Part shown: in pieces, positions 41,201 to 52,422 of the stretch
How the letters are laid out: each line of letters opens with the position of its first letter
How positions within the stretch are numbered: the first letter of the stretch is position 1
DNA from: Lingula anatina
Lineage: Eukaryota > Animalia > Brachiopoda
Assembly (NCBI GenBank): GCA_051362555.1
Contig: CM120648.1
Span: 1,961,721 to 2,025,720, forward strand
Direction of reading: 5' to 3'
Length of the DNA stretch: 64,000 nucleotides
Program-made: the position numbers and the translations under genes
The notes under the pieces: model-generated
Seen by the model: only the letters and a program-made list of their open reading frames with translations
Told to the model about the DNA's origin: nothing
Databases searched by the model: none

Positions 41201-42334
41201 CTACTTTTCACATATGAAATTGATTGCGTGGCCACACGGTCCATCATTCCATCTATGCTGAATGTGTGCCCACAAATCCAAGCAGTGCTCCCCTCCGTCG
41301 TTGTTAGGTTCTCCTGGACCCCAGTTAGTATACCTCATAACGCTGTTGGTATCCACCCACACCCACCTGCCCTCCTGTGCCATGTCATTACCACCCACCC
41401 ACCAGCTGAGGTGGGCTGAAAGAAGGAAAAGATAATCTGAAGGATCCCATCATTTCATCCCTTTTCTTAAAACACTTCGCAATGATAAATTGTACTACCA
41501 ATTTTCACTCCATTTTACAATCAAAGTCACTCTTTTTAGATCTGTATATTTGCTTCTAAATTATACTGTTTTTTAGTGTTAAACAGATACCGGGTAATTA
41601 TATGATTGATATAAACGTTGCTATTGATTTATAGGCACACGCCTTTTCTCCTTGATCATTATTGGTCCTAATTACATCTTACGAACAATTTGTGAATCCC
41701 TGACAGCCTGACAACCACGTAAGTAAACATATACCTACCAGGAAAATAAGTTCGTACGTAGGAGACAATCATGTAATTCTCATGCTGGGAAGTTATTCTT
41801 GCCAAATGTGAAGATTTGCTCCTGCAATAGGCTTGTGCGTGTGACCATGATTTCTGCATATAGGAGAAGAAGTAGCATCGACCACCAAGCTGCACAAAAG
41901 GTGCCTGACATCCTAAAGAAATTCAGCGCAAAGTGACATATTTTCCTATTAGGCTTCATCTTTTTTAAAAGTTGGAAAACAGAACTTTATGAAACAAAAT
42001 TAAAGTTAAAAACAACTTCGCATGGTAACGCATTAAAGGCATTTCACATAAATTACCGTGCAAATTATTTGAATACTAAGCTTTGATATGTAATTTTAAT
42101 TTAAAAATAACAAAATATAAGCTATAGTGGCAATCTTTTAAATTCATTTATTTTCCGCTGCATTTGTTAAAAACCCCGGTCGGTTTGATTTCCATCCTTA
42201 GAAGTTTACATTATCTCTGAAAGTGCATTACGAAGATAAGCATGCTCACCTGGACAGTGTCCAAAAACGCCACGCTGCAGCACGAAGATGGCAAAAATCA
42301 GTCCAAAACAGAGGACAGATCTTGTCATTGCCAT
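41201..42334 (-). CDS. CTL4: neckless secreted C-type lectin (EPN...WND), 3 exons
   Basis: Exons 42250-42334, 41739-41912 and 41201-41415; phase-consistent. Confidence 0.89.
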
Positions 42335-44083
42335 AATTACACGGTGTGAAGTGTGGATCCGTGCGAGCTGCGTCTATTAACTTCCAAGCTACAGTTGTGA
42401 ATGCGAGTGAATAAGACACACTCCACACAATAATTTATAGTCGTATCACGGTAGTTGTTGTTTGTTATCTAATAAGGGTGTCTGATTTCTTTTTCATAAA
42501 AATGTAATGGTCTTAGGTTGAATGTGTGGTGTAAGTTTTTTTTTCTTCATGCGGTATAAACTTCAAATTATAATTTCAACTTTATAATGCTTAACCCTGT
42601 TTATTTTTAATTAATGCCGTAATTAAAGAGAAAATAAGAAATTATCAAACAAAACAGACCGTCAGGGGCATACTGCTTTAGTTATAACATATTTATTAAG
42701 AGTCTTATAGCCATAAATAATTTTTGTAGACTTAACAATTAAAATACAAAAAGAAAAGGATTATTTTATATCGAAAAGTAATGACTTTAAAAGTAAAGCG
42801 AAAAATGTCCAATATATTATGTTCTGTAAAGTAAAAAATATTCAAGCATTTTTTAAATTAAAGCTTAATTTACCTGAACTATATGAAGTATGTATAAAAA
42901 ATTACCAGATGTTGTATGAAATAAAATACTGAAATGCACAAAAACATTAATTCGTCTGTCTTCGAAGTAATTAATAATCTAATATGAACACCATATGGCT
43001 AACAAAGAGCAATTAAAATAGTCCCATACAAGAAGCATACCGAATTTAAATTGTACTTATAAAAATAAAGGCCATGTATTACACATTTTCACTCGCCGCC
43101 GCCCTAACTGTTCTATGGAAAATAAATAATAAAAAAGACGTTTCAAGAAGGAACGACAAAGTGTATGCACATGAGCGATGATATTACCAGTACAATGCAA
43201 CCTTATATACCTGTACAGCGTTTACCTTGTTTTTTTTTTTTCAAACATCTGATTACAATTTTACAGAAAATAAACATTCGTGAAACGATGATAGTGGAGC
43301 ATATGAATGCACAGTCATTTTAATCGTTAACTGATCCATAAAAATAAGACTTTTGTCACAGAAACAGTCACAAAAAAGAAAAGAAAACATGTCACAGAAA
43401 CTTGTTTTATAGCGATGTTTCATACTTGTCAAACTGTCTTTCATTTTAGAATTTTGCCCTTTTTGCAATCTTCGAAATGTTATCATGGCCTATACATAGA
43501 AATGCCTATGTTCTAACGTTTTATTTCGTTATGTCAGCAACGCAACAAGTAATCATGCGCAAAAGCTTTATTTCTCTGAATAACGTGTAAGCATGAACAA
43601 AGACAGATTAAAGCTACTGTAATTTTATCTGACATCGGTAAATAAAAGTTTTAAATTAGCAAGAGGATTGTGACCGAATTCTGATCACTCATTTCATTTG
43701 AAAGAAAGCGTTGTTCTACGCTTATGTTTCATCTGGCTATATCAACAGTCTCTCTATTAATAGCTCCTAGGTAAATATGAAATAAGTTCAAATAAAACGT
43801 ATGGAATTTTATACTACACAGATAAATAAAGAATCAAATTATCACTGATATTTTTGAGCGGAAGAAGTGAGAAATTGCAGAAATATCAAATAAGTCCAAA
43901 TAATAATAAAGGCAACAATCAGATGACCTTTTGCAGTATTGAGAAGTTCCACACATAAGCGAGATGAGAATGCAACTAGATGTACTCCAATAAAACCTCC
44001 AGTTAGCTGTTTAATGATATATTTAAGTTTCACCAAATCGATATCTTCAACAACTTGGTAGGTCAGGGAAATGACCACCTCTG

Positions 44084-45558
44084 CTACTTTTCACATATGA
44101 TGTTCAATGTGTAGCTACACGGTGCATCATTCCATTTATGTGTAAAGTCTGACCATAAACACAAGCAGTGCTCCCTTCCACTAGGTTGTCCTGGACCCCA
44201 GTTAGTGTAACTCATAACCTTGTTGGTACCCACCCACACCCACTTGCCCTCCTGTGCCATGTCATTGCCACCCACCCACCAGTTGCCGCGGGCTGAAAGA
44301 AGAAAAAACTAATTTGAGGGTTGGATCACTTTCATTGATTATACATGTATGCAGCGCTTGCCAGTTTTTTAAAGTCACTTCACAAAGCAATATCTTTTGA
44401 AAGTTAGTCATACTATCAAATTTCAGATTGATTTATTGCATACAACTGATCCTGATACCCTGTATGCACTGTATATGTTTCTTCATTATGTTATACATTT
44501 CAGTATGTTGAAAGGTGCAACGCAAACTGTGAAATAAACTTACGGTAAAGTGAACGGATAAACGAGTTAATTAATAAATAATGGAAAAGATGAAGAAATA
44601 GGTGAATAACAATCTATTACCATTAACGTTACTATACTATGGATATATGGTTCTTACTCATTCTTGTGTATCATTTTTAAGCTGAAGGCATTTTTAAACC
44701 ATATTAATTAGTCATTGTCTATTAGTTGATGGGTAGATTCACGTAGACATAAATGACAGACAGAGAACCATGTAAGAAAATATACCTACTAGAAAAATGA
44801 TTTCGAACGTAGGAAACAATTATGTCGTTCTCAAACCGGGACGTTATCGTCGCTAAATTGGCATATTTGCTTATGCAATAAGCCTGTGCATCTGACCACG
44901 ATTTCTTCGTCTGGGAGAAGAGGTAGCATCGGCCATCAAGCGGGACAAACGGAGCCTGGCATCCTGAAGAAGTTCAAAGCTAACTGATGTTTTCTCCTCT
45001 TAAACCCATCTAAATACATATATTTTAAAAGAGGGCGTAGCTAGTTTTGCTTTACGTACTAGATGGCCAAACAGTGTACATTTTTAAAATTATTTACATG
45101 TAGATCAAGTTAAAAGCAACTTCATCCGATCATTAAATAAATCATAAGGCATGTGAAAATTATTCTTTTATGACGATAAATGCATTTCACAAGACCTCAT
45201 CAAAGATTTGTATGTGAACCTTTGCCTTACAATTTAACACCATGGATATAAGAAACATACCTCTCGATTCATTCATTCTCTGCTGCATTTGTTGCAAACC
45301 CTGTTTAACTGTCTCCAGTTTGCTGTCGATCTTCTCAAGTTTGTCGCCAACCTTCTTCAACAGTTTGTTGTCGTTCCTCTCAAGTTTGTCGCCAACCTTC
45401 TCCAACTTGAGTTCCATGGACCCCAGCTTTAATTTCATTATATCAAGGGTGTTTTGGAGAATATCATTCGAGGTGGTCCCATGTCCAAAAACGCCACGCT
45501 GCAGCACGAAGAATACCAAAATTAATCCAAAACAGAGGACAGACCTTGTCACTGCCAT
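44084..45558 (-). CDS. CTL5: necked C-type lectin with expanded coiled coil (QPS...WND), 3 exons
   Basis: Exons 45261-45558, 44790-44963 and 44084-44292; phase-consistent. Confidence 0.89.
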
Positions 45559-47818
45559 TAGAGTATGGTATGAGGCGTATACCTATGTGGACTGGGGTGT
45601 ATTTACTTCTAAGCCACAGCTGTGAATGCGAGTGAATTAGACGCACTCCGCTCATTAATTTTCAATTGCTTTATGCTAGTTGATGTTTGTTATCTATAAA
45701 GGGTGTCTGATTTCTTTTCATAGAAATGTCACAGTCTCATGTTGAATCGTGATTTGGATGTTCTTCATGCAGTATACACCTCAAATTTCAACTTTATAAT
45801 GCTTAATTCTGTTTGTTTTTAATTGAAAAATCCTCCAAAACAATCAACTCCTATTGAATAAAGAAAATAAGAGGTAATAAAACAAAACGGACAGTGGAGG
45901 ACATACTGCTTTAGTTATTACATATTGTTCTCCAGTTATCTGATTATAATTTTACATAAAACAAACATTCATGAAGCGATGATAGTGGAGTATATGAAAA
46001 CACAGTCATTTTAACCATTGCATCAAAAGACGAATTTTGTCACAGAAACAGTCACAAAAAAGAAAATATGTCACAGAAACGTGTTTTATAGCCATATTTC
46101 ATACTTGTTAAATTGTTTTTCATTTTAGAAATTTGTCTTTTTTGCAATCTTCGAAATGTTATCATGGCCTATACGTAGAAATGCCTATGTTTCAAACGTT
46201 TTATTTCGTTATGTCAGCAACGCAACAAGTAATCATGCGCCAAAGCTTTATTTTTCTGAATAACGTGTAAACATAAACAAATACAGATTACTGTAATTTT
46301 ATCTGACAGCAGTGAATAAAAGATTTAAATTAGCAACAGGGTTGTGACTGAATTCTGATCACTCATTTCATTTGAAAGAAAGCGTTGTTCTACGCTTATG
46401 TTTCATCTGGTTATATCAACAGTCTTTCTATTAATAACTCCTATGTAAATATGAAATAAGTTCAGATAAAGCGTATGGAATTTTATACTACACAGATAAA
46501 TATAGAATCAAATTATCACCGATATTTTTGAGCGGAAGAAGTGAACAGCTGTGTTATTGACTTAAAGAATCCCAAGATTATTACATTAAAAAATGACACT
46601 AAATAAAATAACAGCCAAATAACCCCAGATATCTATATGGAAACTGAATAAAACACACATATACATTTATTCTGAATAAAATACCCAAATTACGACTAAA
46701 TTACAGACTTGACATATGATTGATTTTTTTTTCAACATCATTTTTCTTCAATTTTTTCCTATTTTTCTGACTAATAAATAAAAACAACCTAGCAAACGAG
46801 TTATCCATGCAAAAAGCTTCAACGTCAAGTTACTTGATGCCTCGTCATGAACCAAAGTCTTTTGCAGAGTCCCCTAACATTTTTTCTGATCGTCTGCTGA
46901 AAAAAATTGTATTTTCCCCTGCAATTGTGAGACTCTGGATTCTGATAATGCTTCAGAAATGTGTTAATGCCGAAACGATCTCTTTTTTGTTTCGTTTCTT
47001 TTCCTTTGCCAAGTTTCAATATATTTACTTGTTTCTTTTTTATGTTTCGAATAAAAGAATGGTTTGATCACTTGATGACTTTTTACGCTTATCAGCATTA
47101 ATTCATTTGTTGATTTTCAGTGGTACACATTACTATTATCTTGAAATGAACGTAAATTTTTCTGTGCCAGCGATTTTTTTCTTGTTCAAACATCAAAACA
47201 ACAATTGGCTTTATATGGTAGCTTCAACTTGCCCGAATAATTCATGGGCAAACACAAGTTGTGAGGAAAATCTCCACAAAAATTCAATAAATACAAATAT
47301 GAAACCAATAAGATAATTGTAATTGTAGTTTTATCACTGCAAAGCATGATTATTTGCTTTTGTCTCATCTAGTTATTTTAGCAGTTCCTCTATAAACTAC
47401 TCCTGTGTATATACCCAATACGTTGAAATAAAACTTATGAAATCCTATCTGACACTTAAAAATAAAAGAATCAAATTAGCATCAGCACTGTTTCTGAATG
47501 ATGTTAACAACTATATAATTGAATAAAAGACATGATATTTTTCTTAAATACACAAATTAGTGTTCACTAATGCTGCCAATACTAAAAAAACGAGAAATTA
47601 CAGGAGATATCAAATAAGTCCAAATAATAAGAAGAAGGGAAACAATCAGATGACCTTTTGCAGTATAGAGAAGTTGCACACACACCACATATAAGAGAGA
47701 TGAGAATGAACTAGATGCACTCCAAGAAAACCGACAGTTATCTGTTTAATGATATATTTCAATTTCACCATATCGATATCTTCAACAACTTGGTAGGTCA
47801 GGGAAATGACCATCTGTG

Positions 47819-49294
47819 CTACTTTTCACATATGAAATTCTTTGCGTGGCCACACGGTGCATCATTCCATCTATGTGTGATGACTGACCGCAATTCCAAG
47901 CAGTGCTCTATTCCTTCGTTGTTGCTAGGTTCTCCTGGGTACCAGTTCGTGTAACTCATAACGCTGTTGGTATCCACCCACACCCACCTGCCCTCCTGTG
48001 CCATGTCATTACCACCCACCCACCAGCTGAAGTTGACTGAAAGAAGGAAAAACTTACCTATCATTTCAATATATGACCTTTCCTTAATACACTTCGCAGT
48101 GATAAATTGTACTATCAATTTTCATTCCATTTTACTATCACAATCACTCTTTTTATACCTGCATATTTGCTTCTAAATTATACTCTTTTTAAATGTTAAG
48201 CAGATACCGGGTAATTATAAAATCAACGTTGCTATTGATGTATGGGCGTATGGTTTTTCTCTTTGATCATAATTGTTCCTTTTTAAATTTTGCGGACAAT
48301 GTTTGAATTCCTGACAGCCTGACAACCACGTAAGAAAACATATACCTACCAGAAAAATAATTCCGTACGTAGGAGACAATCATATTGTTCTCACTCTGAG
48401 AAGTTATTCTTGCCAAATGTGAAGATATGCTCCTGCAATAGGCTTGTGCATGTGACCACGATTTCTGCATACAGGAGAAGAAGTAGCATCGACCACTTAG
48501 CTGGACAAAAGGAGCCTGACATCCTAAAAAAATTCAGCGCAAACTTACATTTTTCCTTTTAGGCTGCATCTTTTTAAAAAAGTGGGAAAACAGAACTTAA
48601 TGAACCAAAATTCATGTTAAAAGCAACTTCGAATGGTAACGCGTTAAAGGCGTTTCACAAATATTACTGTACAAATTATTTGATTGCTCAGCTTCGATAT
48701 GTAATTAAAGGATTTGCTTCATACCGTCAGAATGGCCTCAACGGAACATATTCTTCAGAAAACATGCCCAACTAACGATATCTTTATCCAAATACACAAA
48801 TTAAAAGCTCATTTTGTAAATTTTTGGCTTTAAAAAACGTCCTATTTGCTCGGCCTGGGAGTTAATGAGCTACGTGGTCACGTGGTCCGATGACGACAAT
48901 CGAGCCACTGGAGAACAGAGCGTGCTTAAACACCCTTTACACTGGACGGCGTCCTTTCTGCGTCCTTTGTGCGACCATGAAACTGGCCAGGACGCCGTCG
49001 GACGCTCAAAGAACGCACAGTGATCGCCAAGGTCGCACAAAGAACGTTCAAGCATCGCAACACAATATTAGTTTTGGCGGCAATTGTCGATTCATTTATT
49101 TTCTGCTACATTTGTTGCAAACCAGTTTCACTCTCACTAGTTTGCTGTCCATCTGCTCAAGCTTTCCTAATCTGAAGTGTATTTCGAAAATATGCATGCT
49201 CACCTGGGAAGATTACGAGTCCAAAAACGCCACGCTGCAACACGAAGAAGACCAAAATTAGTCCAAAACAGAGGACAGACCTTGTCACTGCCAT
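47819..49294 (-). CDS. CTL6: neckless secreted C-type lectin (EPS...WND), 3 exons
   Basis: Exons 49204-49294, 48350-48523 and 47819-48036; phase-consistent. Confidence 0.89.
48708..49080. mobile_element. ~370-bp insertion in CTL6 intron 1, probably a truncated DNA-transposon end
   Basis: Absent at the homologous position in CTL2 ('gtaatta|caattgtc', ~35381-35396) and in CTL4. It begins ttaa-agg, reminiscent of TTAA-targeting elements such as Kolobok; no matching right end is seen. Confidence 0.55.
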
Positions 49295-50973
49295 TATTAC
49301 ACGATGTGAAGTGTGGATCTGTGCGACCTGCGTCTATTAACTTCCAAGCTACAGCTGTGAATGCGAGTGAATAAGACGCACTCCGCACATTTATTTATAG
49401 GCGCATCACGGTAGTTGTTGTTTGTTATCTAATAAAGGTGTCTGATTTCTTTTTCATAAAAATGTAGTGGTCTTAGGTTGAATCGTGTGGTGTAAGTTTT
49501 TTTTTCTTCGTGCGGTATAAACATCAAATTATAATTTCAACTTTATAATGCTTAACCCTGTTTATTTTTAATTGATGCCGTAATCAAAGAGAAAATAAGA
49601 AATAATCAAACAAAACAGACCGTCAGGGGCATACTGCTTTAGTTATAACATATTTATTTAGAGTCTAATAGCCATAAATAATTTTTGTAGACTTAACAAT
49701 TAAATACAAAATAAAAATGATTATTTTATACCGAAAGGTAATGACTTTAAAAGTAAAGAGAAAAAGGTTCAATATATTATGTTCTGTAAAGTAAAAAATA
49801 TTCAAGCATTTTTTAAGTTCAAGCTAATTTTACCTGAACTATATAAAGTATGCATAAGAAATTACCAGATGTTGTATCAAATAAAATACTGAAATACTTC
49901 ACAAGGACCCTAATTCGCCTGTCTTCGAAAACATTAATAATCTTATATGAACTCCATATGGCACACAAGGAGCTAAATAGTCCCATACAAGAAGCATGCC
50001 GAATTTAAATTGTACTTAAAAAAATACAGGCCATGTATAACATATTTTCACTTGCCGCCGCCCTAACTGTTTTATAAAAAATTAATAATAAAAAAGACGT
50101 TTCAAGAAGGAACGACGAAGTGCATGCACAGGAACAATGATATCAACAGTACAATGCAACCTTATATACCTGTACAGCATTTACCTTGTTTTTTTCAAAC
50201 ATCTGATTACAATTTTACAGAAAATAAACATTCGTGAAGCTATGATAGTGGAGTATATGAATGCACAGTCATTTTAATCGTTAACTGATCCATAAAAAAG
50301 ACTTTTGTCACAGACACGGTCACAAAAAAAAAAAAAAAAAAAAAAAATGTCACAGAAACTTGTTTTATAGCGATGTTTCATACTTGTCAAATTGTCTTTC
50401 ATTTTAGAATTTTGCCTTTTTTGCAATCTTCGAAATGTTATCTTGGTCTATACATAGAAATGCCTATGTTCTAACGTTTTATCTCATTAAGTCAGCAACG
50501 CAACAAGTAATCATGCGCAAAAGCTTTATTTTTCTGAATAACGTGTAAACATGAACAAATACAGATTACTGTAATTTTATCTGACATCAGTGAATAAAAG
50601 ATTTAAATTAGCGAGAGGATTGTGACTGAATTCTGATCACTCATTTCATTTGAAAGAAAGCGTTGTTCTACGCTTATGCTTCATCTGGTTATATCAACAG
50701 TCTCTCTATTTATAGCTCCTAGGTAAATATGGAATAAGTTCAAATAAAGCGTATGGAATTTTATACTACACAGATAAATAAAGACTCAAATTATCACTGA
50801 TATTTTTGAGCGGAAGAAGTGAGAAATTACAGAAATATCAAATAAGTCCAAATAATAATAAAGGCAACAATCAGATGACCTTTTGCAGTATTGAGAAGTT
50901 CCACATATACGCGAGATGAGAATGCAACTAGATGTACTCCAATAAAACATCCAGTTATCTGTTTAATGATATA

Positions 50974-52357
50974 CACACACTGGACAAAAGAAGTGTCACC
51001 CCTACTGAGCCAATACTATGGGGGAGATAAATGACTGTGGAATGATATGCTCCTGGTTTCATTTTATCAACATCAAATTTCACAAAAAATCACAAAATGA
51101 GAACAAAATATACATTCTACCAAAATATGCAGTTTCAAGTCCAAAATTAGTACTTAGTGGCATAGCCATGTGACCTAATAATAGGTGCCAGTCTACGAAG
51201 CAAGGTTTCATATAATTGTCTGCTGCGTTCAGGGCTTATGCTGGCCCAAGCATGAAACACTGAATATAACAGAGTTTCTCTGCTGGTTAGACGGGCATTT
51301 GTAAAAGGTTTTGACATATCATTCCACACATTTTCTATTATGTTTGCATCCGGACTCTGGGCAGACCACATCACCCTGCGAATGTCCTGTTGGTCAAACC
51401 AATCATCATCTGCTCTGGACCTGTGACAAGGAGCATTCTCATCCTGGTGAACAAACGGATAATTCCTGTCACCAAACATGTTAGTTATAGATTGTAGCAA
51501 GCCTGACTCCAAAACATCGATATATTTCAAGTGATTCACGTTTCCATTAACCACTATCAATTCGCCCAAGCCATGGATGCTGATGCAGCCCCACACCATG
51601 ATGAATATGCTACTCCGGGTTCGAAAATTCAGTGCATGTGGTTCAAATGCTTTACCAGCAGTTTGCCAGCATAGTACCCGTCTGTCATCAGATGTCAGAC
51701 CAAAGCGACACTCATCAGAAAAAAATATATAGGACCAATTGTCATGAACTGTCCAGTTCCAGATCCTGTTGACCCTAGTTTACTCTACGTTGCCTGTTTT
51801 GTAACAATATAAGAGGTTTCAGTCTTGCTACCCTGCTGTACACTCTCTGAGCATGTAACCGACGCCTAGTAATTTTTACAGACACATTCTTATGTGTAAA
51901 ATTGTTCCACTGTGTTGTCAACTGACAAGCAGTGTCGAACTTTGACAACCTGGACATCAAAATCAGTCGTCGGTCTTCACGGCCAGTATTTTTTCTTGGA
52001 CGACCCATCAGAGGCAATTTGTCTCTTGATCCAGTGTTTCCATACCGAGATCAGACCCTCTGCACGGTTCTGACTGAACAATTCAATTGTATCGATATTC
52101 TGACATTGCTTATATTCCGCCTCTTCAGGTTAATAACTTGCACCTATAACCGTTAGATAATTGCCTGTATCTTGCCATATTGGAGGAAGACAGGAATAAC
52201 ATTTGCTGTACATGTACAAGACCAACAATACAATTCCATGGTATAGCGGTTTTATACTCATTAGTCACATTATAAGTAGACCAGGCATTATAAGTACCCA
52301 AGATCTGCCTACTATTACTCTGAGTTAGGGGGTGACACTTCTTTTGTCCAGTGTGTG
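50974..52357 (-). mobile_element. Tc1/mariner DNA transposon (DD34E), full length with disrupted transposase, copy B
   Basis: Same 29-bp TIRs and TA flanks as copy A, opposite orientation. ORF fragments 51775-52017 and 51147-51599 match copy A. Inserted 65 bp downstream of the CTL7 stop; the empty site 'aatgataTAtttaagtttcacc' is visible at ~44013-44034. Confidence 0.96.
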
Positions 52358-52422
52358 TATTTCAGTTTCACCAAATCGATATCTTCAACAACTTGGTAGG
52401 CCAGGAGAAATGACCATCTTTG

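Noticed and set aside
48890-49261. 123-aa + strand ORF
   Set aside because: Chance read-through from the intronic insertion into antisense decayed neck sequence.
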